64,000 nt of DNA, taken from contig JAJDCA010000051.1 of NCBI GenBank assembly GCA_029261055.1, positions 9,082-73,081 of the forward strand, read 5' to 3'. Under the pieces are notes generated by a model. The model searched no databases. It was given only the letters and a program-made list of their open reading frames with translations, and had not been told where the DNA came from. Origin of the DNA: Candidatus Omnitrophota bacterium (GTDB lineage Bacteria > Omnitrophota > Gorgyraeia > Zapsychrales > Zapsychraceae). Position numbers and translations under genes: made by a program. Below, piece by piece: positions 1-9,382 of this stretch (the first letter of the stretch is position 1; each line of letters begins with the position of its first letter).

Positions 1-371
1 TGAGCACATTCTGCTATCCGTTCCGGAGACGCCTGATCTGTTAGACGATCAAACTCACGCGACTTACTAATATTCCAATTCTGACAAAACTTGCATCCTA
101 AATTACATCCGGCCGTCCCAAATGACAACACACTCGTCCCTGGATAAAAATGATTTAAGGGTTTTTTCTCAATGGGATCAATACAAAATCCACTGCTACG
201 TCCATACGTCGTCAAGACCATACGCCCACCAACATTTTGCCGTACAAAACAAAATCCCCGCTGTCCTTCTTTCAAAGAACAATAGCGGGGACATAATAGG
301 CAGCGAATCTTGCTGCCATCCGACTTCTCCCAAAAACGTCCGGGAAACTCATGATCATTGTGAGCCAACAT
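1..371 (-). CDS. amrS: AmmeMemoRadiSam system radical SAM enzyme, N-terminal part (runs off window start)
   Basis: Not in the ORF track. Manual translation from ATG 371 gives MLAHNDHEFPGRFWE..CLLCPRYCSLKEGQRGFCFVRQN..TTYGRSSGFCIDPIEKKPLNHFYPGTSVLSFGTAGCNLGCKFCQNWNISK, with the CxxxCxxC radical SAM motif and the DPIEKKPLxHF signature; the frame is open to the edge. Confidence 0.9.
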   Translation of the reverse strand, partial: MLAHNDHEFPGRFWEKSDGSKIRCLLCPRYCSLKEGQRGFCFVRQNVGGRMVLTTYGRSSGFCIDPIEKKPLNHFYPGTSVLSFGTAGCNLGCKFCQNWNISKSREFDRLTDQASPERIAECA

Positions 372-373
372 TT

Positions 374-1762
374 TTATTCCAAAACGGATAACATCTCGTC
401 TAAACTGACAAATTTTTCTCGCGACTTTCCGGATTCTTGACCACGTGCGATTTCAGCCGCATCGATTTTTTTCCATTCTTCGAAAGAGATAAAACGAACA
501 TTTAACTCTTTCAAAAGACCAATAATGGCTTCGTCGCTTGGATTTTTGCAAGGGTTAAGATCGCTCATATCTTCCAGGAGGTGCTTAACCGTTTCTTCAC
601 TATCCGGCTTGTTGGTACCGATCACACCCGACGGGCCACGCTTGATCCAACCAGCCGTGTACAAACCCGGAAAAATATGTTCACTGTCGGCGACACGCCC
701 TTCTTGATTAGGAATGATGCCCCATTGATCATGAAATGGCAGGCCTTTGATAGGAATACCGCGATAACCGATACTACGAAATAAAAGACCACATTTAAGC
801 TCTTCTTTCTCGCCGGTGCCGCGGGATTTCTGCTGGCCAGGCTCACCGATCAATTCATTACGCTCTAAATAAACTTTCCCTAATTTATTGGAAGACTTCT
901 CCAGCGGATACATCGCCGCAGGACTTCTACGGAATTGAACAAAAAGTTTCTTTTGTTTATTGCCTTGCGGCACGCTAACAAAACCTTTAAGAATATCAAA
1001 ATTTTTCTTTTTTGCGGCATTGCTTGTATCTTCCAATTCTGTCTGACTTGCATAATTTAATTCCAATTCTTTAGGATCCACAGCTGGCACACAATCCTCC
1101 AACTCACCAAACTCCTTAATTTCTGATGACGAAAAAGCGGCTTGCGCAGGACCTCGCCGTCCAATAATGTGCACTTCTTTAATTTTACTCTCCGCCAAGG
1201 CATCCAAGGCATGCTGAGCAATGTCTGTCTTCTTTAATTCATCAATCGTTTTACACAAAATACGCGCCACATCCATCGCCACATTTCCCTGACCGATCAC
1301 CGCAACGGATTCACATGACAAATCAAATTGACGATCCCGATAATCTGGATGCCCATTGTACCAGGCCACAAACTCCGTCGCTGTATGGCTACCGACTAAA
1401 TCTTCACCTTCAATACCTAATTTACGATCTGCTTCTGCACCGGAAGTAAAAATAACAGCATCATAAAATTTACGTAATTGATGAATGGTTAAATCTTTAC
1501 CGATTTCAACATTTCCAAAAAATGAAAACCCTTCTCTGGCTGCTATCTTTTCATACACCTTTGTAACATTTTTAATTTTATCATGATCCGGGGCAACACC
1601 GTAACGTACCAGGCCGTAAGGGGCTGGTAGACGTTCAAACATCCCGACAATAACATTATTTTCAGATTTAAATAAAGATTCGGCCGCATAAAATCCACTC
1701 GGGCCGCTGCCGACAATGGCAACTCTTAAAGGTCTTTGGTTGGTTCCTAATTCATTAGGCAT
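374..1762 (-). CDS. ferredoxin--NADP+ reductase (FprA/adrenodoxin-reductase type)
   Basis: VAIVGSGPSG, PYGLVRYGVAPDH, FVAWYNGHPD, GQGNVAMDVAR, GWIKRGPSGVIGTN. Start moved from 1813 to ATG 1762, which has a GGAG SD upstream. Confidence 0.9.
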   Translation of the reverse strand: MPNELGTNQRPLRVAIVGSGPSGFYAAESLFKSENNVIVGMFERLPAPYGLVRYGVAPDHDKIKNVTKVYEKIAAREGFSFFGNVEIGKDLTIHQLRKFYDAVIFTSGAEADRKLGIEGEDLVGSHTATEFVAWYNGHPDYRDRQFDLSCESVAVIGQGNVAMDVARILCKTIDELKKTDIAQHALDALAESKIKEVHIIGRRGPAQAAFSSSEIKEFGELEDCVPAVDPKELELNYASQTELEDTSNAAKKKNFDILKGFVSVPQGNKQKKLFVQFRRSPAAMYPLEKSSNKLGKVYLERNELIGEPGQQKSRGTGEKEELKCGLLFRSIGYRGIPIKGLPFHDQWGIIPNQEGRVADSEHIFPGLYTAGWIKRGPSGVIGTNKPDSEETVKHLLEDMSDLNPCKNPSDEAIIGLLKELNVRFISFEEWKKIDAAEIARGQESGKSREKFVSLDEMLSVLE

Positions 1763-1870
1763 GAAATAATTCTCCTTAATATTTGTACATAAAATTTCAA
1801 AATTTACTCTCAAGCGGCGTTTATGATTACATCAGTTAATATTATTGTCAAGATTTTTCCTCAATTATCC

Positions 1871-1898
1871 TTGACTTTAGACAATGTTTTGTTAACCT
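1871..1898 (+). promoter_or_regulatory. sigma70 promoter of pntAB (TTGACT-16-TAACCT, extended -10), 6 nt before ATG
   Basis: Direct reading; no SD between the -10 box and ATG 1905. Confidence 0.5.
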
Positions 1899-1904
1899 GT
1901 TTTT

Positions 1905-3041
1905 ATGATTATCGGCGTCCCCAAAGAAATCCATCCCGGTGAAACACGCACGGCTTTCATCCCCGCTTCTATTGAACGATTAGTAAAAAAAGGTGCAGAA
2001 ATTTCTGTTGAATCCGGCCTTGGATCAACAATCGGCATCTCCGATGAGGAATACACAAAGGTCGGAGCAAAAATTTGTGACCGCAGCACCATTTTATCTT
2101 CTTCTGATATTGTCTTACGTCTGCGAAAACCTCCCCAAGAAGAAATTGCTCAACTTAAAAAAGGTGCTATCCACGTCAGTTTTCTTGATCCGTTTAACGA
2201 ATCTTCCCTAATAGAGGAATTTGCAAAAAATCAAATCAGCGCTATCAGTATGGAAATGATTCCACGTTCGACGATTGCCCAAAAAATGGATGCCCTAAGC
2301 TCTCAAGCTAATTTAGCCGGATATGTCACGGTTATCCTGGCGGCAGAACGTATTAATAAAATTTTACCCATGATGATGACACCATCCGGAACTATTGCGC
2401 CAGCGCACGTATTTATTATCGGTGTCGGTGTGGCTGGTCTTCAGGCCATTGCCACGGCTAAACGTCTCGGTGCCCGTGTAGAAGCCTTTGATACACGCCC
2501 GGTCGTAGAAGAACAAGTCCAATCTCTCGGTGCTAAATTTATCAAGATTGATCTTGGCGAAACCGGTCAAACCAAAGACGGTTATGCCAAAGCCTTAACG
2601 CCAGAACAAATCAAAATACAGCAAGACGGTATGGCTAAGGTGTGTGCTAAGGCAGATATTGTCATTACAACCGCTCAATTATTCGGCCGCAAGGCTCCGG
2701 TTATTGTCACACACGATATGATCGCCCAAATGAAACCGGGCAGCGTAATTGTCGACATGGCTGTTGAATCCGGTGGTAATGTGGAAGGCTCTAAGGTTAA
2801 TGAAGAAGTTGATGTTAATGGTGTTAAAATTCTCGGCCTGGGCAACTTACCCGGTCATGTGGCTGCCCCGGCGAGCCAGATGTATTCCAGCAATCTAACG
2901 AACTTTATTGAATCATTCTGGGATGCCGAAGCCAAAACATTTAACCTCAAACTTGAAGATGACATCATCAAAGGCTGCCTCATCACTCATAATGGGGAAG
3001 TCGTGAATGAAACTATTAAGAATTTAGCACAAAAAGGATAA
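1905..3041 (+). CDS. pntA: NAD(P) transhydrogenase subunit alpha, part 1 (dI)
   Basis: MIIGVPKE, RSTIAQKMDALSSQANLAGY, GVGVAGLQAIATAKRLGA, DMAVESGGN. Confidence 0.95.
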   Translation: MIIGVPKEIHPGETRTAFIPASIERLVKKGAEISVESGLGSTIGISDEEYTKVGAKICDRSTILSSSDIVLRLRKPPQEEIAQLKKGAIHVSFLDPFNESSLIEEFAKNQISAISMEMIPRSTIAQKMDALSSQANLAGYVTVILAAERINKILPMMMTPSGTIAPAHVFIIGVGVAGLQAIATAKRLGARVEAFDTRPVVEEQVQSLGAKFIKIDLGETGQTKDGYAKALTPEQIKIQQDGMAKVCAKADIVITTAQLFGRKAPVIVTHDMIAQMKPGSVIVDMAVESGGNVEGSKVNEEVDVNGVKILGLGNLPGHVAAPASQMYSSNLTNFIESFWDAEAKTFNLKLEDDIIKGCLITHNGEVVNETIKNLAQKG

Positions 3042-3045
3042 ACTG

Positions 3046-3348
3046 ATGGATCCTCAAATACTCGTCTTTCTCTTCTTTATTTTAGCCCTTTCTATTTTTC
3101 TCGGTTTTGAACTTATTTCTAAAGTACCGGCAACGCTTCACACGCCCCTTATGTCCGGGGCTAACGCCATATCCGGCATTACACTTGTAGGAGCCATACT
3201 TTCTGCTGGTGGCAAAGGAAATAATATCAGCATTTTACTCGGAACTCTTGCCGTGGGTTTTGCCACAATTAATGTTATTGGAGGTTATTTGGTAACGGAC
3301 CGGATGTTAGCTATGTTTAAGAAAAAAGAAAGTGGAGATAAAAAGTGA
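3046..3348 (+). CDS. NAD(P) transhydrogenase subunit alpha, part 2 (membrane)
   Basis: VPATLHTPLMSGANAISG and NVIGGYLVTDRMLAMF signatures. Confidence 0.95.
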   Translation: MDPQILVFLFFILALSIFLGFELISKVPATLHTPLMSGANAISGITLVGAILSAGGKGNNISILLGTLAVGFATINVIGGYLVTDRMLAMFKKKESGDKK

Positions 3349-4715
3349 ATTTAGAATTAATCATTAACCTTTCCTACATTGTTTCAGCCGCTTTATTTAT
3401 TTTCGGTTTAAAAATGCTCAGCTCCCCAGCTTCTGCGCGTAAAGGTAACATGCTTTCCGCCTTAGGCATGCTTTTAGCTGTTGTTGCGACACTTCTCACA
3501 CAGGGATTGGCCTTTAAATGGATCATCATCGGTGTGGCTGTGGGTGGTATTTTAGGTATTCTTTCGGCACGATTAATCGCCATGACCGCGATGCCTGAAA
3601 TGGTGGCGCTCTTAAACGGCTCCGGTGGTATTGCGAGTTTACTTGTCGGCTGGGCGGTGTACCATTTTCAACCAGCATCTTCGGTTCTCACAACTTTCAC
3701 TATTTTTCTTTCTGTCCTCATCGGCGGCGTCACATTTACCGGAAGTCTTATTGCCTGGGCTAAATTAAGTGAAAAATTACCTGGTAAGCCGATTATGTAT
3801 CCCGGCCAAAAGATTGTTAATGTTCTCATTTTAGTGGCCATTATTGCCGGCGGCATCATCTATTGCATGAATCCAGCCGCTAATTATTCCATATTTCTTG
3901 GCATTGTCGGATTATCCTTAATTTTAGGCATCCTTGTCGTCATTCCTATTGGGGGCGCAGATATGCCGGTGGTCATCTCTCTGTTAAATAGTTATTCCGG
4001 TTTAGCTGCATGTGCTGCAGGGTTTGTTATTCAAAATAATATCCTCATTGTCGCCGGTTCTCTTGTAGGCGCCAGTGGCATTATCCTAACTCAAATCATG
4101 TGTAAAGCCATGAACCGTTCTTTAGGCAATGTACTTTTCAGTGGATTTGGTTCTACCGTGCAAAAACAATCTGCAGATGTTGAAGGCGAAGTCAAACCGA
4201 TTGTTGTGGCAGATGCCTACTTCATATTAGAAGCTGCACGCTCTGTTACATTTGTCCCAGGTTACGGTATGGCCGTGGCCCAAGCCCAACACGCCGTACG
4301 CGAGTTAGGTGAAATCTTAGAAGCTAACGGCGCTGAAGTTACTTACGCTATTCATCCTGTGGCTGGACGTATGCCCGGACATATGAATGTTCTTCTGGCT
4401 GAAGCAAACGTTCCTTATGACCAATTGATTGAAATGGATGACATTAATCCTATCATTGAAACTGTAGATGTGGCCGTTGTGATCGGCGCCAACGATGTCG
4501 TCAACCCTGCTGCCCGTCATGATGAAGCCAGCCCTATTTACGGCATGCCCATCATCAATGTCGACAAAGCCAAAACCGTCTTTGTCCTCAAACGCTCCAT
4601 GAACACCGGCTTTGCTGGCGTTCAGAATGAACTCTTCTACTACGACAACACCCGCATGCTCTTCGGCGATGCCAAACAATCCATCCAAGGATTGGTCGCT
4701 GAATTCAAAAACTAA
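3345..4715 (+). CDS. pntB: NAD(P) transhydrogenase subunit beta
   Basis: IGGADMPVVISLLNSYSG, PGYGMAVAQAQH, IHPVAGRMPGHMNVLLAEA. Confidence 0.97.
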   Translation: MNLELIINLSYIVSAALFIFGLKMLSSPASARKGNMLSALGMLLAVVATLLTQGLAFKWIIIGVAVGGILGILSARLIAMTAMPEMVALLNGSGGIASLLVGWAVYHFQPASSVLTTFTIFLSVLIGGVTFTGSLIAWAKLSEKLPGKPIMYPGQKIVNVLILVAIIAGGIIYCMNPAANYSIFLGIVGLSLILGILVVIPIGGADMPVVISLLNSYSGLAACAAGFVIQNNILIVAGSLVGASGIILTQIMCKAMNRSLGNVLFSGFGSTVQKQSADVEGEVKPIVVADAYFILEAARSVTFVPGYGMAVAQAQHAVRELGEILEANGAEVTYAIHPVAGRMPGHMNVLLAEANVPYDQLIEMDDINPIIETVDVAVVIGANDVVNPAARHDEASPIYGMPIINVDKAKTVFVLKRSMNTGFAGVQNELFYYDNTRMLFGDAKQSIQGLVAEFKN

Positions 4716-4762
4716 CCCATAAATAATACTACTTTCACTAAATAATTTACTCAGCCAGATAA

Positions 4763-4824
4763 TTCTGTAAAAAATCCAGGCTCACAGGCTCCGCGGAGCC
4801 TGTGAGCCTGGATTTTTTACAGAA
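4763..4824. terminator. 62-bp perfect palindrome; likely bidirectional terminator between convergent pntB and the PilZ gene
   Basis: TTCTGTAAAAAATCCAGGCTCACAGGCTCCG|CGGAGCCTGTGAGCCTGGATTTTTTACAGAA, with T6 runs on both strands. Confidence 0.75.
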
Positions 4825-4865
4825 AAACCCCTTGATAAAATTTTCTTATCAAAAGCTCACAAACT

Positions 4866-5246
4866 TCAATACTTTTTACGCGAAGATATTTTTTTGATGG
4901 TACGTTTGATACTACGCTTGACGGTAATGGGGCGGGATTTCTTTTCGATGAATTTAACAGCAACGACACAAGGAGAACCTGTTCGTTTACGGTCAATGCG
5001 GACAACTTGAGTGTATCCCTTAAATATTTCTAATATGCCGGACATCACCACGCGGATTTCTAACTTATCCTTAATTTTGAACTCAAGATCAGTATGAAAA
5101 GTCAAACCACTAACACTCATGTCTTGCGTAGTGGATAAATACCAGGCGACATCGGCCTTTCGCGTATCGCATAACCGATACTGCACACTTAATACACGCT
5201 TGGCTCTTGGAAATTCTCGTTGATCTTTACTAACTTTTTTAATCAT
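4866..5246 (-). CDS. PilZ domain protein (c-di-GMP receptor)
   Basis: QREFPR (RxxxR) and DMSVSG (DxSxxG) motifs; basic C-terminal tail. Confidence 0.85.
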   Translation of the reverse strand: MIKKVSKDQREFPRAKRVLSVQYRLCDTRKADVAWYLSTTQDMSVSGLTFHTDLEFKIKDKLEIRVVMSGILEIFKGYTQVVRIDRKRTGSPCVVAVKFIEKKSRPITVKRSIKRTIKKISSRKKY

Positions 5247-5254
5247 GATATTTC

Positions 5255-5366
5255 TTAAATTAAACCGCCTTCGGCGGCGATTTTTGCTTCAGTCATCAGC
5301 CATCAGTCACCAGTAAAAAAATACTGAAGGCTGATAGCTGACGTCTGATGACTAACATTAAATTTC
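5255..5366. repeat. ~110-bp dispersed structured repeat, copy A
   Basis: Highly similar to 29763-29873; CCGCC-TTC-GGCGG hairpin plus a long stem built from 7-mer units. Confidence 0.8.
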
Positions 5367-6458
5367 TTTCCAAGGAAGATCAAAAGTTTCCGCCACTTCT
5401 TTGATCATTAAATCTCCCTCAAACATATTAAGCGCTCGCCTTAATGGCTCAATATCTTTGATCGATTTCTCATACCCGTTATTAGCTAACAAAAGAATAT
5501 ACGGAAGCGTGGCATTCGTCAAGGCATAAGTACTGGTTCTCGCTACTGCTCCAGGCATATTCGTCACACAATAATGAACCACATCATCAATCACATACGT
5601 CGGTTCTTCATGAGTCGTGGGACGGCTGGTTTCAAGGGATCCCCCCTGATCAATCGCCACATCTACAATAACCGCACCGTGTTTCATTTGAGAAATAAGA
5701 TTACGATCAATCAAACACGGTGCCTTAGCCCCCCGGATAAGCACGCTACTGATGACTAAATCCGCTTTTAAAACAGCCTCACGAATCGTATGCGTATTAC
5801 TCATTAACGTATGAACATTCGGCGGCATAATTTCGTCCAAATAACGCAAACGATTTAAATTCACATCCATTACCGTAATATTAGCTCCAAGCCCGGCGGC
5901 CATTTTACAGGCATTAGACCCCACCACACCAGCGCCCAATATGACGACGTCTGCAGGTGTTACGCCTGGCACACCACCCAAAATAATACCTCGGCCTTTC
6001 ATAGGCTCTTCTAAATATTTTGCCCCCTCCTGGACGGCCATACGCCCAGCCACTTCACTCATTGGGATGAGACACGGCAACTCGCCATTATCCAATTGAA
6101 GCGTTTCGTAAGCAAAGGCAATGACCTTTTTTTCCAACATCGCCTCAGTCAATTCCCGACTGGCGGCAAAATGAAAATACGTAAAAATAATTTGACCCGG
6201 TTTTAAGAAATCATACTCTTGAGGCTGCGGCTCTTTAATCTTAATGATCATCTCAGCTTGCGCATAAATATCCGTAGCCGCATCTAAAAGCTCTGCCCCA
6301 GCGGATTCAAATTCTGTATCTGTGATTCCACTTCCCTGACCTGCGCTTTTTTCAATTAAAACACGATGCCCTGCCTCTTTCAGCATCTCAACACCCACAG
6401 GAAGAAGCCCTACACGGAACTCATTATTTTTAATTTCTTTGGGAATACCAATAATCAT
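5358..6458 (-). CDS. ald: alanine dehydrogenase
   Basis: MIIGIPKEIKNNEFRV, PMSEVAGR, DVAIDQGG, HYCVTNMPGAVARTST; start trimmed to ATG 6458. Confidence 0.95.
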   Translation of the reverse strand: MIIGIPKEIKNNEFRVGLLPVGVEMLKEAGHRVLIEKSAGQGSGITDTEFESAGAELLDAATDIYAQAEMIIKIKEPQPQEYDFLKPGQIIFTYFHFAASRELTEAMLEKKVIAFAYETLQLDNGELPCLIPMSEVAGRMAVQEGAKYLEEPMKGRGIILGGVPGVTPADVVILGAGVVGSNACKMAAGLGANITVMDVNLNRLRYLDEIMPPNVHTLMSNTHTIREAVLKADLVISSVLIRGAKAPCLIDRNLISQMKHGAVIVDVAIDQGGSLETSRPTTHEEPTYVIDDVVHYCVTNMPGAVARTSTYALTNATLPYILLLANNGYEKSIKDIEPLRRALNMFEGDLMIKEVAETFDLPWKEI

Positions 6459-6465
6459 ATTTTTA

Positions 6466-6525
6466 TCGCTCGTCGCACGTAACACGTGACTCGCGTTTTG
6501 CGAGCGACGCGCCACAAGCGACGAA
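6466..6525. repeat. intergenic imperfect stem-loop of 7-mer-like (GCGACG) units
   Basis: TCGCTCGTCGCACGT...CTCGCGTTTTGCGAG..GCGACGCGCCACAAGCGACGA between fumC and ald. Confidence 0.45.
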
Positions 6526-6536
6526 CCACTTTACAA

Positions 6537-7931
6537 TTAATTACTTCGTGGCCCCACCATATTTTCTGGCCGGACAATTTCATTAAACTCATCTTCACTT
6601 AAAAACCCAAGAGAGATGGCAGCTTCCTTTAATGTCGAATTCTCTACATGTGCTTTCTTGGCCACTTTCGCAGCATTGTCATATCCAATATGTGGATTAA
6701 GCGCAGTGACAAGCATTAAAGAATTCTGCAAATTACTTTCAATATTTTTTTGATTCGCTTCGATACCTTCCACACAGTGATCGGTAAAACTCACACATGC
6801 ATCAGAAATCAAACGTATCGACTGCAAAAGATTGTAAATCATCACCGGCTTAAAAACATTCAATTCAAAATTTCCGCTCGCCCCGGAGAAATTAATCGTC
6901 GTATCATTACCCATCACCTGCGCACACACCATAGTCATGGCTTCACACTGTGTGGGATTAACCTTACCCGGCATAATCGAACTACCCGGTTCATTCGCCG
7001 GTAAATTAATTTCACCGATACCACAGCGCGGACCAGAACCGAGCCAACGCACATCATTAGCAATTTTCATCAACGAAGCTGCAATGGTTTTTAATACACC
7101 ACTAAACTCCACAATCGCATCATGCGCAGCAAGCGATTCAAATTTATTTGGGTTAGTAACAAAACTTTGGCCGGATACTTCCGAAATCTTAGCCGCCACT
7201 CTTTCAGCAAATTCCGGATGAGTGTTTAACCCCGTCCCCACAGCTGTTCCCCCTAAAGCTAACTCACGCAACCGAGGCAAAGCGGCTTGAATACGATCCA
7301 AACCATTACTCAATTGCTGCATGTACCCGGAGAATTCATCACCGAGTGTGAGCGGCGTTGCATCCATCAAATGCGTACGACCAATTTTAATAATTTCTCT
7401 AAATTCAGCCGCCTTTCGAGCCAACGCATCTCTTAATTTTTCGATAGAAGGAATTAATGTTCGATGCACTTCTTCAACACTTGCAACATGCATGGCCGTC
7501 GGAAACACATCATTAGACGATTGCGCCTTATTCACATCATCATTCGGATGAATCGGTTCTTTACTCCCCATAGTACCGCCAGTAATCTCGATAGCCCGAT
7601 TAGAAATTACCTCATTCGCATTCATATTCGTCTGCGTGCCACTTCCGGTTTGCCAAACAACCAAAGGAAAATGATTATTGAGTTTTCCTTCAATCACTTC
7701 ATCCGCGGCTTGCACAATCAAATCTGCTTTTTCTTTTGGCAAAGTTTCTAATTCCATGTTTACCAAAGCTGCCGCTTTTTTAATAATCCCTAAAGCCCGC
7801 ACAATTTCCGGAGGAAAGTGTTCGCTCCCAATTTTAAAATTAATCAAAGACCGCGCCGTCTGCGCCCCATAATATTTATTCGTCGGCACTTCAATCTGCC
7901 CCATACTATCTGTTTCTACACGGTGATCCAT
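6537..7931 (-). CDS. fumC: fumarate hydratase class II
   Basis: [42 protein letters not shown]. Confidence 0.98.
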   Translation of the reverse strand: MDHRVETDSMGQIEVPTNKYYGAQTARSLINFKIGSEHFPPEIVRALGIIKKAAALVNMELETLPKEKADLIVQAADEVIEGKLNNHFPLVVWQTGSGTQTNMNANEVISNRAIEITGGTMGSKEPIHPNDDVNKAQSSNDVFPTAMHVASVEEVHRTLIPSIEKLRDALARKAAEFREIIKIGRTHLMDATPLTLGDEFSGYMQQLSNGLDRIQAALPRLRELALGGTAVGTGLNTHPEFAERVAAKISEVSGQSFVTNPNKFESLAAHDAIVEFSGVLKTIAASLMKIANDVRWLGSGPRCGIGEINLPANEPGSSIMPGKVNPTQCEAMTMVCAQVMGNDTTINFSGASGNFELNVFKPVMIYNLLQSIRLISDACVSFTDHCVEGIEANQKNIESNLQNSLMLVTALNPHIGYDNAAKVAKKAHVENSTLKEAAISLGFLSEDEFNEIVRPENMVGPRSN

Positions 7932-7953
7932 TGCTCTAACTCCTTGTTAATTT

Positions 7954-8229
7954 TTATTGTCCAAATTTCGGCACTAATTCACCCTCAATGTAACTATGAA
8001 TGATTCCTGAAATTAAAGTTTGATACGGCAGCCCCATTTCCATTGCCTTTTTCTGAATACCAGTGTAATCATGATCATAAAGACGAAGGGTCACCCTTTT
8101 GTCTTTCTTAAACGTATTTCCTGCCGTACTTTTAATATTACGTAGCTCTTTTGCAGAAGGAGCCTGAAACTTTATTTTTCCTTTTTCATAGGCTCCTAGA
8201 ATTTCTTTTTCTTCCTTATCAAATTTCAT
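7954..8229 (-). CDS. antitoxin (CopG/RHH, BrnA-like)
   Basis: KDKRVTLRL...GLPYQTLI motif; directly follows the toxin gene. Confidence 0.8.
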   Translation of the reverse strand: MKFDKEEKEILGAYEKGKIKFQAPSAKELRNIKSTAGNTFKKDKRVTLRLYDHDYTGIQKKAMEMGLPYQTLISGIIHSYIEGELVPKFGQ

Positions 8230-8230
8230 A

Positions 8231-8509
8231 TTATCCCTCCGTTTCTTTTTTATATTCTTTCGTTGCTTTCCTGCTAGGAATAATTGTTTTCAAAAAAACA
8301 TATTCTTTTTCTTTTTTACACGGCACCAAATAAACATAGTCCGATACTATGACAAAATATATTTTTTGTTTTGGATATCTCTTTTGGTCCGGATGATCTG
8401 CTACCTTCCACACATCGCCTTGCGATAAATGAAAAATTACTTCTTCAAATGAAACTCCTCTTTCATTTTTCAACCATTCATTTTTTTCTGAACTCCATTC
8501 ATACTTCAT
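8231..8509 (-). CDS. BrnT-like type II toxin
   Basis: YEWSSEKNEWLKNERGVSFEE...FLKTIIPSRKATK. Confidence 0.8.
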   Translation of the reverse strand: MKYEWSSEKNEWLKNERGVSFEEVIFHLSQGDVWKVADHPDQKRYPKQKIYFVIVSDYVYLVPCKKEKEYVFLKTIIPSRKATKEYKKETEG

Positions 8510-8514
8510 ATTTA

Positions 8515-8543
8515 AGTGTACATCATTTGTACATACATTTCAA
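8515..8543 (-). promoter_or_regulatory. TA promoter TTGAAA-17-TACACT overlapped by two TGTACA palindromes (putative operator)
   Basis: TGTACA at 8517-8522 and 8528-8533, 11 bp apart; the -10 box lies 5 nt before ATG. Confidence 0.6.
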
Positions 8544-8581
8544 GGGGTTTGATTTTACGAAAATTTTTTCAATGAATACAA

Positions 8582-9325
8582 CTATTTCCTCTCTGCCATA
8601 GCCTTAAAAATATCAATCGGAATGGGGAATAGCGTGGTGGTATTGTTTTCGCTGCCGATTTCAACCAGGGTTTGGAGATAACGTAATTGAAGAGACATCG
8701 GGCTTTTTTGCATCAAATCAGCCGCCTGGCAAATTTTCTCAGCTGCTTGAAATTCACCCTCGGCCGCAATAATTTTGGCACGACGTTCACGTTCAGCCTC
8801 AGCTTGACGGGCCATGGCCCGGCGGAGATCCTCAGTAATATCTACATGTTTAAGTTCCACATTAGACACCTTAATCCCCCATGGATCTGTTTGTTTATCT
8901 AAAATAGTCTGCAAACTTTCATTAATTTTTTCCCGTTGACTCAAAAGCTCATCTAATTCCATCTCGCCAAGTACACTTCGTAAAGTAGTCTGGGCCATTT
9001 GAGATGTCGCGTATTGATAATTTTGAACTTCAATCGTGGCCTTTACCGGATCCATCACTCTAAAATAAGCTACCGCATTAACCTTCGCTGAAACATTATC
9101 TTTAGTAATAACGTCTTGCGGCGGCACATCGAGTGTTACCACACGCAAACTCACAATAACCGCCCGATCAATGGGCCAGAGGGCTAAAATGATGCCCGGT
9201 CCTTTTGTTGCAGGCAACACACGCCCTAAACGAAAAATAACAGCACGCTCATATTCATTCAGAATTTTTACACTCTGAAATAACCATACTACAAAAAATC
9301 CGAAAACTATCATTCCAATATGCAT
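8582..9325 (-). CDS. slipin/stomatin (SPFH, band 7) protein
   Basis: [54 protein letters not shown]; downstream of nfeD. Confidence 0.93.
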   Translation of the reverse strand: MHIGMIVFGFFVVWLFQSVKILNEYERAVIFRLGRVLPATKGPGIILALWPIDRAVIVSLRVVTLDVPPQDVITKDNVSAKVNAVAYFRVMDPVKATIEVQNYQYATSQMAQTTLRSVLGEMELDELLSQREKINESLQTILDKQTDPWGIKVSNVELKHVDITEDLRRAMARQAEAERERRAKIIAAEGEFQAAEKICQAADLMQKSPMSLQLRYLQTLVEIGSENNTTTLFPIPIDIFKAMAERK

Positions 9326-9353
9326 TTTATTTCTCCTTTATCTTTGCCAATTC

Positions 9354-9381
9354 GTACGGGCGGTTCGCGAACCGCCCCTAC
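9354..9381. repeat. GTAG-type REP-like palindrome
   Basis: Minus strand reads GTAGGGGCGGTTCGCGAACCGCCCGTAC, immediately after the nfeD stop. Confidence 0.75.
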
Positions 9382-9382
9382 A

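Noticed and set aside
122-391. 89-aa plus-strand ORF
   Set aside because: Antisense shadow of the amrS radical SAM gene on the minus strand.
1813-1904. Rex operator between the divergent FNR and pnt genes
   Set aside because: Biologically plausible, but no TTGTGAA-N4-TTCACAA-like site is visible.
6459-6515. 19-aa N-terminal extension of Ald in the ORF track
   Set aside because: It is translated repeat DNA; the family start MIIGIPKE is at 6458.
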